Of a stretch of DNA of 64,000 bases, positions 11,160 to 21,134 are shown one piece after another. The DNA is taken from contig CAZDTP010000016.1 in NCBI GenBank assembly GCA_964508365.1, positions 65 through 64,064 of the forward strand, given 5' to 3'. The translations under genes were made by a program, and so were the position numbers. The notes under the pieces were generated by a model. That model saw nothing but the letters and a program-made list of their open reading frames with translations. It ran no database searches and was not told the DNA's origin. Position 1 is the stretch's first letter; the number at the start of each line of letters is the position of its first letter. The stretch is from an uncultured archaeon. Its GTDB lineage: Archaea > Asgardarchaeota > Lokiarchaeia > Sigyniarchaeales > SOKP01.

Positions 11160-11375
11160 CCTATTTATAAATTTGTGTTTACAATTTAATTATTTAATGC
11201 TATGAATAAAATAGAAAATATAAGCTATTTAAATTTATTTAACTCAAAAATTATATATCATATTTTACTAAATCTAATAAATAACGAATTGAATTAACAA
11301 TTTCATCTAAAATACACCCTTCTATTCTACCCTACCTCCAAAATTTAAATATTTAAAATTTCTATTTGTAATGAG

Positions 11376-12419
11376 ATGGAAATGAGAGAGAAAAAAAATG
11401 AATTTCCAATTGGTAAGCTGAAACACAAGTACCTGCAGAAAATGTTAAGTGAATTTGTATCTACCACTCATTTAGAGGATGACAGAGTTGTTATCAGCTC
11501 GGAAATCGGAGAAGATGCAGCAGTTATAGATATGGGCGATAAATATTTAGTCGCAAAAACAGATCCTATAACATTTATAACTGACGAAATTGGATTTTAC
11601 GCAGTTAATATAAATGTAAATGATGTAGTTTGCATGGGGGCTACTCCAAAATGGTTCCAATCAACTCTTCTATTACCTGCTAAAAAAACTGATGAGGATT
11701 TAATTGAATCTATTTTTAAGAATATCCATGATACTTGTAAATCTTTAGGAATAACCGTGGTTGGAGGTCACACCGAAATTACAGCTAGTCTTGATAGGCC
11801 TATAGTGATTGGGTCTTTACTTGGTGAAGTTGATAAAGAAAAACTAGTATTATCCTCTGGGGCTAAAGAAGATGATTTGATAATCTTAACTAAGGGGATT
11901 TTTATTGAGGGTACTTGCATTATAGCTCGAGAAAAAGAGAATTTCTTAAAAGAGAAAGGATATAGTAATCAATTTATTGAGAAATGTAAAAATTACCTTT
12001 ATGATCCCGGTATTAGCATATTTAAGGAAGCTGTTGTATCTAATGATAATTTTACGGTAACATCAATGCACGACATAACCGAAGGAGGATTATTCTGTGG
12101 TATTGCTGAAACTGCGATTGCATCCAAATTAGGAGTATTAATTAATAAAGATAAAATTAATGTCTTACCAGAGCCAAAGGAATTGAGTAAACTTTTTAAT
12201 ATTGACCCTTATAGCACAATATCTTCGGGATCTCTAATCATTTCAATTAATCCCGAAATTGCTAGAGATTTAATTAATTTATTAGCTAAGAATGGGATTG
12301 CATCAGAAATAATCGGAAAATTTACAAAAGAAAAAACTAAATATCTTACATTAGATGGGAATAATAGAGAAGAGGTTATGATTTACACTGAAGTAGACGA
12401 AATTACTAAAATTATATAA
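11376..12419 (+). CDS. AIR synthase-like (HypE/ThiL/PurM superfamily) protein
   Basis: GKL..., GEDAAV, KTDPIT, NDVVCMGA, GGHTE and MHDITEGG motifs. Confidence 0.88.
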   Translation: MEMREKKNEFPIGKLKHKYLQKMLSEFVSTTHLEDDRVVISSEIGEDAAVIDMGDKYLVAKTDPITFITDEIGFYAVNINVNDVVCMGATPKWFQSTLLLPAKKTDEDLIESIFKNIHDTCKSLGITVVGGHTEITASLDRPIVIGSLLGEVDKEKLVLSSGAKEDDLIILTKGIFIEGTCIIAREKENFLKEKGYSNQFIEKCKNYLYDPGISIFKEAVVSNDNFTVTSMHDITEGGLFCGIAETAIASKLGVLINKDKINVLPEPKELSKLFNIDPYSTISSGSLIISINPEIARDLINLLAKNGIASEIIGKFTKEKTKYLTLDGNNREEVMIYTEVDEITKII

Positions 12420-12596
12420 TTTTTAATTAACAAGATTTCAAATCTGCATTTTTAAGATAAATATTCAGCTATTATTCTTTTACTAAGATTTTTATTTCTA
12501 AATTTTTACATTATATATACGGGTATTTTACAATTTTATAATAAGGGATATAAGGAATTTATTTGTATATTTTAATAAATTAAAGTATGATTTATA

Positions 12597-14516
12597 ATGG
12601 TTAATAGTGAATTACGGGGCATTCTTAAATCCATTGGAGAGCATGCTAAGGGAAGAGATTTAACCATTAAATTGAATTCTCATGTTTTTTTTAATATATT
12701 GGAAGCTAAAAAAAATATTTTTAACAAATTTAAAGAAAGAATTAATAAAGATTGGGAGGAATTTAAGTTAAAAAATCAGAATCGTGTTATTAAAAAAACC
12801 TATAGTTCTTTCTTCTTTCAATATTTCGACGAACTTCTTACATTTTATTTACAAAACTTCTGCGGATACGATACAAATTCTTTAAAGTTAATAGTAAAAG
12901 AGAAGATATCTGATGAGAATTTATTTTTAGAGTATAGTTATCATCTATCTCCCGAAGAAAAGGAAGTTTTTAATGAATTTGCTGAGGAGTTTGATGATAA
13001 AGTTGATGGTCTCACCACTCCATCAGGTTATCTCTATTCAATAATTGCAATACTCGGAGTAGTTCTGAGAAAACTATTAGATGAAAAATTTTATATTGTG
13101 ATAGACGGTGTTGTTTTAAAGAACGGTGAAAGCAACGCTCTGAATTTCTTAATCGTTATTAAAAATAGTAAAGATGAATTATTTGAGAATTATTATTACA
13201 TGAATTTATACTATTTTTTAAAATACTTTAAAGAGGTTCCTAAACAGTATCTTGATAAATTATTAGCTGGGAGGGAAAGGGTATACCAAATCGCTCTTGA
13301 CGAATATTCTAATGCTAAAGTGAACCTCGTTGATCTTTTATATTATTTTTATAAGAAATGTAATTTATTAGAAAATTTTTCTCCGATATTAGATTTTTTA
13401 AATTTCGTCTGCTCAAGAGTGGAAGATTCGGTATTTCCAAAATTAGATATTATAAGAATAGAATTCTTGCGGAATTTCGATTATACTGATGAAAAAAAGA
13501 ACTCTCTATTGCGGATATTTGATTTTATTGATAAAAAATCTACTCTATATTCAACATTTCAAGCGAACAATTTACCTTCCCAAAAATCTCAATTTAATTT
13601 ATTTCTATTATATACAAAATATTATTTTGGAAGCGGAAGTTTAGAATCTTTAGAAGCGAGTGATCTCCTATTTTTTCCTGATAAATTCAAAGCAAAATTA
13701 GACGATTTTAATACTAAAACGGAAAATGTAATTAATGCTAACACTATTTACGAAATCCAAGAGTTTTTAGATAATCTCTCGATTTTGACAAACATCAAAA
13801 ACCCAGATATCTTTTTTATAAAAATATTCAATAAAGAACTCTCCCAATTTAATCACGATTTCTTTAAAGCATTTCTACTTAGTTTGAATTCGAGCATATC
13901 GCGTTTGATTGGGATTGAAAATAAGACTTTAGAAGAAATTCCGAGTAATGAACCATTAAATTTTAAGATCGTAGTGGATCATATTTGTAGAATGTTATAT
14001 ACCTTAATAGATAAAATATTTCTCAGAAAACTTCCAAGCCAAGCGTCCAAAAACTTTATCGACCCAAGAAGTAGATATATTGGTAAAAATATCGCATTGA
14101 GGGTATTAGAGTTATTTATTTTTAGTGATTTAAATGTTTCAGATGATGTTTGGCCTGATTACATTATAAGCATGAATAAAGACGCTTTATTAAAGGATTT
14201 ACAAAATTACAAAATTGAGATACCTGAAAAATATTTCTATCGATATGAAGATATTGCTAGATTTGTTATTACATTTAATTTTCAGTCGTCGTCCTCACAG
14301 ATAATATTCGAGGAGTGGTTAATCAAAGAACTTATAGCTCCAATTATCAATTTTATATCGAAAATTCGTGATTTGATAAAAAAGGATGAAAATAAAACCG
14401 AGATATACAAGATATTAAGAAATTACTTTATTAAGGATACAAAACACCAAGAAAATCTACAAGATATCGATTTTATTTGCCGACAACTCGCAGTTTTTTG
14501 GGTAGATGCTGATTAA
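12597..14516 (+). CDS. Hypothetical soluble protein (639 aa)
   Basis: Long uninterrupted ORF, largely helical; no motif recognised. Confidence 0.75.
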   Translation: MVNSELRGILKSIGEHAKGRDLTIKLNSHVFFNILEAKKNIFNKFKERINKDWEEFKLKNQNRVIKKTYSSFFFQYFDELLTFYLQNFCGYDTNSLKLIVKEKISDENLFLEYSYHLSPEEKEVFNEFAEEFDDKVDGLTTPSGYLYSIIAILGVVLRKLLDEKFYIVIDGVVLKNGESNALNFLIVIKNSKDELFENYYYMNLYYFLKYFKEVPKQYLDKLLAGRERVYQIALDEYSNAKVNLVDLLYYFYKKCNLLENFSPILDFLNFVCSRVEDSVFPKLDIIRIEFLRNFDYTDEKKNSLLRIFDFIDKKSTLYSTFQANNLPSQKSQFNLFLLYTKYYFGSGSLESLEASDLLFFPDKFKAKLDDFNTKTENVINANTIYEIQEFLDNLSILTNIKNPDIFFIKIFNKELSQFNHDFFKAFLLSLNSSISRLIGIENKTLEEIPSNEPLNFKIVVDHICRMLYTLIDKIFLRKLPSQASKNFIDPRSRYIGKNIALRVLELFIFSDLNVSDDVWPDYIISMNKDALLKDLQNYKIEIPEKYFYRYEDIARFVITFNFQSSSSQIIFEEWLIKELIAPIINFISKIRDLIKKDENKTEIYKILRNYFIKDTKHQENLQDIDFICRQLAVFWVDAD

Positions 14517-14528
14517 ATCTATTAACTT

Positions 14529-15032
14529 TTAAGGTATATTAAAAATTTTAGTAAATCTTTCAAAATTTTGTATTATACTAAAAATCGGTATTTGAGATTC
14601 TCTTTCCTCGCTGAATTTATTTAGAGTTATTAAACCTGATATTAATTTAACATTTTTGTTTAATTGGGAATCAATATCCTGTAATTCTTTTACGCATAAA
14701 ATAGTAGGGTATGATACGTTTCTAAAACCCTCAAGAATTATAAGATCAACATTATATGGGCCTTTATTGAGCCAGTTTATTAAAGCTTCTAAGCTGATTT
14801 TTTTATTGAGATAAACAGCGTTTTGATTAAACTTATTTTTAATAACAGAGAAAATCGCGCCAGCTTCAGAAAATTTGAACGAATCTTTTCCTTTTTCGTC
14901 GATTCTATGTTTATGTATGTTTTTTACAACGCTAACTTCAAGGTTAAATTCGGTTTTAAATTTCTTGATAATAAATTCAATTAAATGAGTCTTTCCACTT
15001 CCAGAATATCCGATCACACTAATAACTTTCAT
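14529..15032 (-). CDS. mobB: Molybdopterin-guanine dinucleotide biosynthesis protein B
   Basis: VIGYSGSGKT P-loop, KxxH...D..GKDS...AGA and DLIILEGF motifs. Confidence 0.9.
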   Translation of the reverse strand: MKVISVIGYSGSGKTHLIEFIIKKFKTEFNLEVSVVKNIHKHRIDEKGKDSFKFSEAGAIFSVIKNKFNQNAVYLNKKISLEALINWLNKGPYNVDLIILEGFRNVSYPTILCVKELQDIDSQLNKNVKLISGLITLNKFSEERESQIPIFSIIQNFERFTKIFNIP

Positions 15033-15152
15033 TTTTAATCACAGAATCTAAGAACTTGAAAAATACTAGAGATTTAATATAATCATTAATATCTAAAATG
15101 TGTTAATAGATTAAAGATTAGCTTTTGAAGAAAGGAGAAGTTTTAAGTAATT

Positions 15153-17159
15153 ATGTCAAGACAGAACGAAATCATAGTATTTGATGCAAATTTCTTTATT
15201 TGTATGAACTCGATTAGAGCTAAAAATATCCTTGGAAACCTTGATACCGTCGCATCGGATTTAGGGTTTGAATATTACATTAGCGCCGTTGTTTTTGATG
15301 AAATTAAAGCACCGCACACGTTCCGTGAAAAATTCCAAAAAATCATACATGTTGAAGAAATAACTAATTCTGAGATAGAAACTATTAAAAACGATCTTAT
15401 TGAGCGAGGTATTCGGTTTCCCGCTCAAGATCCTGACTTATCTTTGCTTTCGCTCTCTCAAAAATTGCTCGATAAAGATAATAATCGTGCTATTAATATT
15501 TTATTGGTTTCAGATGATTTTAAACTTGTTAAAAATGCTAATTTATTCTTCCATGAAAAGATCAATATTTTATCGCTCTCCAGCTTTTTACTAAAGATTC
15601 ACAGAACGATTTCCGATAAGCAGTTACGGGGTTATTTTAAAACTATTTGGAAAAAAAGTTTAAACTACACTTTATCTTATATGATAGAACGTTCTAAAAT
15701 TTATCCTGCTGAAGAAAAAATAACATGGTTAATTGAGAAGGCAATAAGTGTGACTCAGGACTCTATAATAACTCAAGACGCACACTATGTTGATAGCCAA
15801 AAAGGTCTCGTTAAATTTGAAATAGGATCAAGCAAATATGAACAAGAAATTGCCATTTGCGAAAAATATATTGAAAACCAGAATCTATCAAATAGTGAAG
15901 AAGAATTAGTAACGGGGATATTAAATTTCCTTGAAAACTTAAAAATCTCTCGTGAATATGTAAAGCAAGCTCGCAAGGCAATTGAAAAGCACGATTCGAA
16001 GAAAGCGGTAACATTTTTAAAGAAAGGTAATGGTTTCTTGATTTCACTATTGCAGATTGCTTCAGGTCAATTAACCAATTTAAAAGATTACGAAATTGTT
16101 GAGAAGTTAATCTGTAGCGAGATTTCTAAGATGGAATTCTTAAGAGCTTTTTTACTAATTTCTTTAGGCAGAGTTAATAATGCTATAGACTCTTTAGAAA
16201 GAGCTGCTTTATTTTCTACAATAATCCATAATCACCAAACATGTTTAACTTTAAACTATGTAAAAGCGTTAATTTTACTGTTTCATGGACTTTATAATAA
16301 TGCCGTAATGGCATATAACTTTACAGAAGAGCTCGCTGATATATATAACGACGGAAGACTAAAACTTAAATGTGCAATCGGAAAAGCAATTGTTCTCTAT
16401 ATCCAAGGCGAAGAAACTGATACTGCGATGGCAATCATGGAAGAAATTTCAACTATGGATATGGAAAAAAATTTTTTAGATACTACTATAGTTTTTAGCG
16501 AGTTAGGTGATTATTTTTTAGCTCTTGGTCATTCACAACTGGCAGTAAATCTCTATAATGAAGCATTAGAAATCAGCATTGACTATAAATTAAAAATTAG
16601 AAGTGATACACTAATAGAAAAGTTAAAGAGAGCTTATATTGCAACCGTTCTAAATGGATATTCTACTGAAGATATTATGATCGATAAGTTGGACGTTTTA
16701 CTCAATAAGGCGTATTCAGTAAAAGATACCGAAAAATATAATGAACAAATAAAAAAAATTTCCATGTTTAACATTCTGTTCTATACTCCATTCCCTTACA
16801 TATCAGGAAAAAAAAAAATTATTCCATTTATCAAACTTCCTAAGGAATTACAAGAAGATTACTTAGAAGTTGTTCATTTTGAGAAGTTAGAAGACGCTAT
16901 TACTTCCAAATATCTTTTCATAGTCTATCATTATGAATTAGGTTTGTTAGGCATTATTCTAAAAACTGATGAAAATGTTATAGGTATCGCTGAGAATTAC
17001 ACTTTAAAATTAAAACCAACTTCAAAAGTTAAAATATACAATCCAAGCGAAGAATTAAAAGATACTTATTTAATTAGAGCGATTATCGAAGTTGTAACTA
17101 AAAATGAATGCGAAATTATATATTCGTTGCCCTCTTTCTTTAAAGCTCTAAACATATAA
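15153..17159 (+). CDS. PIN-domain nuclease fused to TPR repeats and a C-terminal beta domain
   Basis: N-terminal VFDANFFI...VFDEI...DPDLSLL...VSDDF acidic PIN tetrad; TPR-like helices (LGRVNNAIDSLERA, LGDYFLALGHSQLAVNLYNEALEI). Confidence 0.75.
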   Translation: MSRQNEIIVFDANFFICMNSIRAKNILGNLDTVASDLGFEYYISAVVFDEIKAPHTFREKFQKIIHVEEITNSEIETIKNDLIERGIRFPAQDPDLSLLSLSQKLLDKDNNRAINILLVSDDFKLVKNANLFFHEKINILSLSSFLLKIHRTISDKQLRGYFKTIWKKSLNYTLSYMIERSKIYPAEEKITWLIEKAISVTQDSIITQDAHYVDSQKGLVKFEIGSSKYEQEIAICEKYIENQNLSNSEEELVTGILNFLENLKISREYVKQARKAIEKHDSKKAVTFLKKGNGFLISLLQIASGQLTNLKDYEIVEKLICSEISKMEFLRAFLLISLGRVNNAIDSLERAALFSTIIHNHQTCLTLNYVKALILLFHGLYNNAVMAYNFTEELADIYNDGRLKLKCAIGKAIVLYIQGEETDTAMAIMEEISTMDMEKNFLDTTIVFSELGDYFLALGHSQLAVNLYNEALEISIDYKLKIRSDTLIEKLKRAYIATVLNGYSTEDIMIDKLDVLLNKAYSVKDTEKYNEQIKKISMFNILFYTPFPYISGKKKIIPFIKLPKELQEDYLEVVHFEKLEDAITSKYLFIVYHYELGLLGIILKTDENVIGIAENYTLKLKPTSKVKIYNPSEELKDTYLIRAIIEVVTKNECEIIYSLPSFFKALNI

Positions 17160-17160
17160 C

Positions 17161-17433
17161 CTAAAATTTTCTTAATTCTTTATCTCGTTGACTAACTTGA
17201 TGGCTATGAACAGCACAACTTATACAATAATACTTTTTAGAACTTGGGGATTGAATGATTGTCCCAGTTTTCTTCAATTCAGTATACATTCTCCCATCAA
17301 CTAAAGAAGTCCGCCTAGTTACTGCCTTAGCCTTACTACGGGGAACAAAGCGACCACATTTATTGCATTGAACCTGACTATAGTGTCCCTTACTACTTCC
17401 CGATTTTCCTCCAGAACGTCTTTTCTTGGGCAT
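17161..17433 (-). CDS. rps26e: 30S ribosomal protein eS26
   Basis: MPKKRR..G, VQCxxCGRxVPRxKA and YCISCAVH motifs. Confidence 0.95.
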   Translation of the reverse strand: MPKKRRSGGKSGSSKGHYSQVQCNKCGRFVPRSKAKAVTRRTSLVDGRMYTELKKTGTIIQSPSSKKYYCISCAVHSHQVSQRDKELRKF

Positions 17434-17570
17434 TTTCAGCTTTTATTTATAAGTAATTATCTTCTATTTCTACATCTTTTAGAATAAGGCAAACCTTAAA
17501 AAATTTATTCTTTCACTTAGAAGATTAGCAAATAATCGCTCTATTAAGGTTTTTTTACAAGAAGAAGTGG

Positions 17571-18254
17571 TTAATTTTTATCGTGCGTTTCAATTTTGCT
17601 TAATGATTTAAAAGTAAATATTAATCTTTGTATTATTGTCAAAATTAGCAGTCCTGTAAAGACTAAAGTGAATATTGGGAAAAATAGTTCGAAAGGAGCT
17701 CCATAAAATAGGTTTGATAAAAAAAAAAATAAATATTCTGTAATAAATGCGAACCATAAAATAATCAATCTCTCCGCTCTTTCCATAAAACCAACACCCT
17801 TCATATTAATTCCCTCGTTTTCTGCTCTGGCACGAATATAAGAGATCATTATAATTAGAAATATTATCATATAGCCAAAAATGAAATGAAGAAAATTTCC
17901 AAGTGCTAATCCAAGAATTATTGCAGCATCTGAAAGTCTATCTAAATTAGAGTCTAAAAAAGCTCCCGTTTTAGAATTAGAACCAGTTCTCCTGGCTACT
18001 TCTCCATCAAATACATCAAACGCACCCGCCCAAAACATTATAAAAGGGAGTATCCAGGCGATCGAGAATGGAAAATGCAATCCCCCCATTGAGAGCAAAA
18101 AAGCGACGATTATCGAGCACATAAAACCAAAATACGATAACATGTTTGGAGTCACACCACACTTAATTAAAAGGGTAACAGGGAGATCAACAACTTTATT
18201 TAAGATTCTTCTTTGATTACTTCTTTTTTCATTTGCCTTTTCTATTTCGCTCAA
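17571..18254 (-). CDS. CDP-alcohol phosphatidyltransferase (archaetidylinositol phosphate synthase-like)
   Basis: TPN and DxxDGxxAR...GxxLDxxxDR signature, SYIRARAE, GFMERAER. Confidence 0.92.
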   Translation of the reverse strand: MSEIEKANEKRSNQRRILNKVVDLPVTLLIKCGVTPNMLSYFGFMCSIIVAFLLSMGGLHFPFSIAWILPFIMFWAGAFDVFDGEVARRTGSNSKTGAFLDSNLDRLSDAAIILGLALGNFLHFIFGYMIIFLIIMISYIRARAENEGINMKGVGFMERAERLIILWFAFITEYLFFFLSNLFYGAPFELFFPIFTLVFTGLLILTIIQRLIFTFKSLSKIETHDKN

Positions 18255-18318
18255 TATCTCCGCCTAAGTAAGTAATAAAGATAATATAAATTAAACACAC
18301 TCTAAAATAAAAAATTTT

Positions 18319-18918
18319 TCATATCATTAAATCTAAGTTCATCTTAATTAATCGGATCGTCGAAGACGCCAAGTAAGATCGATCTCCTAAACTCAAATTT
18401 ATTAGATTCATATTCTTTAAATCCTTATTATCGAGTAAATCTCCGCTTTGATCTCCTAAAATAAATAACAAATTGTCTCTTGATTGTATTTTAGTAATGA
18501 TTTCATTAAAATTCGCACCTTTTTCGTTTAGAATATATATTTGATACTGATTTTTATCAAATTTCTTAATAGCATCAAAAATTCCTATTTTTGAACGCTT
18601 AATTGAGTTTAGTGGGTTGTCAATATATTTTACTTCCCTACTTGTGCATTTAATGAAATCTACAAAATAATCAGTTAAGATAATTTCACTTTTTGGGAAA
18701 GTTTCATTCTTAAAGGATTTAGAATCAAATATAAATGCTCCGTACTTGTCCAAAAAGACCCAAATTTGAATGTTTTCTTCAAGATTGTTACCCTTTGTAA
18801 GTGCCGACAAAATACATCTTGAGATTACATCAAGTCTTCCAGATGATCCGGGGATATCTTTAATCGTATACTTGCTAATGTCAACTATTGCCGATTTTAT
18901 GAAGAAAATCAAGTTCAT
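18319..18918 (-). CDS. trmY: tRNA (pseudouridine54-N1)-methyltransferase
   Basis: DIPGSSGRLDVISRCI, FILGDQxG and SLGxxxYLAS SPOUT motifs. Confidence 0.9.
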   Translation of the reverse strand: MNLIFFIKSAIVDISKYTIKDIPGSSGRLDVISRCILSALTKGNNLEENIQIWVFLDKYGAFIFDSKSFKNETFPKSEIILTDYFVDFIKCTSREVKYIDNPLNSIKRSKIGIFDAIKKFDKNQYQIYILNEKGANFNEIITKIQSRDNLLFILGDQSGDLLDNKDLKNMNLINLSLGDRSYLASSTIRLIKMNLDLMI

Positions 18919-19094
18919 AAATTTAATGCGCTCAAGATTTTTATATTGAAGAAGAATTTTTCCCTAATTAATTTACTTAGTGCATTCTATGTGGAAATTG
19001 CGTGCAAAATGGTCAATAAGGAGCTATTACTACTGCATTGAGGTGGAAAAAAAGAATTAAATAAAAGTTTTAAAAAAAAATTTACATCAGATCA

Positions 19095-19136
19095 AAAGGG
19101 AAAATGTTTTCCTTTCCTCTTTTTTTATTAAGAGTT
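19095..19136. terminator. Hairpin with T-rich tract downstream of the cbiM-PDGLE operon
   Basis: AAGGGAAAA-TG-TTTTCCTTT inverted repeat next to A/T tracts. Confidence 0.3.
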
Positions 19137-19140
19137 TTTA

Positions 19141-19449
19141 TTATTTCGTGTCCCTTTTCTTCAAATATGTTATCAAGTAAAAAACACCCGTCATGATAGC
19201 TATTGAAAGAACGATACCGATTATCCCAGCAACATAATCGTTAGTAACCCAACTTAGGATAGGAGTCCAAGGAGAAAACAAATTCTCGAGCCACTCTTCG
19301 CCATTATTATCGATTAAAACTCTTTCTAAACCATCTGGGTTTTCTGAAAGAAATCCAATTGTAAATCCTACTGCTATCACAAACATTAGTGCCGCAACTA
19401 CGACTACTACCGTGATTAAAGGCCATTTATATCGACTAATTTCAACCAT
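19141..19449 (-). CDS. PDGLE-domain membrane subunit of the Co/Ni ECF transporter (CbiN/NikN-like)
   Basis: SENPDGLERV motif between two TM helices; directly follows cbiM. Confidence 0.88.
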   Translation of the reverse strand: MVEISRYKWPLITVVVVVAALMFVIAVGFTIGFLSENPDGLERVLIDNNGEEWLENLFSPWTPILSWVTNDYVAGIIGIVLSIAIMTGVFYLITYLKKRDTK

Positions 19450-19452
19450 CCT

Positions 19453-20124
19453 TTATTCTACCCCCAAAATAGATTCAGTTGTAATAAAATCTGGTTTTGT
19501 TTTATAGATATAAAAGACAATTAAAGCGGAAATTAGTGCTTCCCCAATACCTATTATGAGATGCCAGAAAACCATAGCAGGAATGGCAATTTCAATTGGA
19601 ATAGCGCCACCAACACCAATCTCGATGCCACAAATGAAAGAAGCCAAGACAATTGCGATGTAAGATCCAATAGCAGTTGCGATTGTCACTTTTAACTCTT
19701 TTTTTAGCGATGTTTTATTAAAAAGCCTTACAAACAATACTACTATATAGAATCCTACAATGCCACCAATTATCCCCATATTGAAGGCATTTGGTCCCAA
19801 CGCGGTAATCCCTCCGTCCCCAAAAAGGCTTTGAATAACTAAAATTAAAAATAATACTATAACGGATGCCCAAGGACCAAGTATAATAGCTACTAAAGTG
19901 CCTCCAACCAAATGACCGGAGGTTCCTCCTGGAACGGGATAGTTAACAAATTGAAACGCAAAAATAACTGCTGCTAATACCCCAATGTAGGGAATCATCT
20001 TTTCAGAATCTTCTTTTTCAAATATTTTGCCCATTCTGAAATATCCAAGAATCATAATAACAATAGTCACAATCCAGAGTACGATAGTTGTTATAGGGTC
20101 TAATAAGCCATCTGGTATATGCAT
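19453..20124 (-). CDS. cbiM: Cobalt/nickel ECF transporter S component
   Basis: MHIPDG N-terminus, PGGTSGHLVGG, GDGGITALG and HLIIGIGEA motifs. Confidence 0.95.
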   Translation of the reverse strand: MHIPDGLLDPITTIVLWIVTIVIMILGYFRMGKIFEKEDSEKMIPYIGVLAAVIFAFQFVNYPVPGGTSGHLVGGTLVAIILGPWASVIVLFLILVIQSLFGDGGITALGPNAFNMGIIGGIVGFYIVVLFVRLFNKTSLKKELKVTIATAIGSYIAIVLASFICGIEIGVGGAIPIEIAIPAMVFWHLIIGIGEALISALIVFYIYKTKPDFITTESILGVE

Positions 20125-20172
20125 TTTTTATTTTCCTATTTTTCTTTATTTTATTATCGATTAATTTTTTTG

Positions 20173-20195
20173 TTATGAATAATATTTTATCATAA
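20173..20195. promoter_or_regulatory. Palindromic candidate metal-regulator operator between divergent cbiM and cbiQ
   Basis: TTATGA-N11-TCATAA inverted repeat. Confidence 0.3.
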
Positions 20196-20330
20196 TTTAG
20201 TATTATTTAAAAACGATATGATAATTTTATAAATTAATATGAAGTATCAATCTGGAGCCATATGAGTTTTATATAAGAAATTATCTTATGGATTTTACTA
20301 ATTAATAGTAAATTAAGGAGATAAAATAAA

Positions 20331-21134
20331 TTGGACATAGAATTACCTTTCAAACACGAAGATGAGAAAAATGCCTTAAATAAAATTCATCCTTTAATTC
20401 GGTTTATTCTTCCGTTTATTTTTGTTATCCCTTTTCTTATTATAAATGACATTTATTTAGTAATTACTATTATTTTAATTGTTCTACTTTTTAATTTGGT
20501 TTTACGTTTACATCTAATAAAGATTTTTTCAAAACTAAAAGCATTAATTCCATTTCTACTTCTTATTACAATTTTTATTCCTTTCTACGTTGGAAACACC
20601 GTATTCTTTCAATTGAACATTGGAATTTCACTAAATATTTATAGTGAAGGATTAGCTTATGCCTTAATTCTATTTTTTCGCATTATAGGGGCGGCATTTG
20701 TATTCTTAACATTTCTAACGTCTTTAACATATTCTGAATTTATTGAAGCATTAACTAAATTAAAAGCTATTCCCCCATTTTTTATAGGTAGTATAGTTAT
20801 CATGCTTCATTACATCCCAATTCTCGCAAAATCTAATAGAAAAGTACTGGAAGCACAAGATTTAAGAGGAAAAAACTTTACATCGTATTGGCAAAGGGTT
20901 AAAACTCATGCGTTTATAATGGGAAAGAATTTAGTACACAATATGGAAAGAAGCGAAATATTATATGAGAGTTTAAAAATGAGGGGATTTTCTGGTAAAA
21001 TTACCTTTTCTTCAAAGAAAATAAAATTAGCGGATATACTAATAGTAATAATGTTTTTGTTTATTGTGATTTCTTTCATCTATTTTGTCAATCTAGAACA
21101 AATATACATGGGGGTTTTACAATTATTTGTCTAA
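20331..21134 (+). CDS. cbiQ: ECF transporter T component
   Basis: HPxxR N-terminus, TM helices, EAQDLRG and ESLKMRGF coupling motifs; SD AAGGAG upstream. Confidence 0.9.
   Translation: MDIELPFKHEDEKNALNKIHPLIRFILPFIFVIPFLIINDIYLVITIILIVLLFNLVLRLHLIKIFSKLKALIPFLLLITIFIPFYVGNTVFFQLNIGISLNIYSEGLAYALILFFRIIGAAFVFLTFLTSLTYSEFIEALTKLKAIPPFFIGSIVIMLHYIPILAKSNRKVLEAQDLRGKNFTSYWQRVKTHAFIMGKNLVHNMERSEILYESLKMRGFSGKITFSSKKIKLADILIVIMFLFIVISFIYFVNLEQIYMGVLQLFV

Noticed and set aside
18998-19060. Short ORF starting MRAKW, like eL41
   Set aside because: The remainder (SIRSYYYCIEVEKKN) lacks the Arg/Lys-rich eL41 body.
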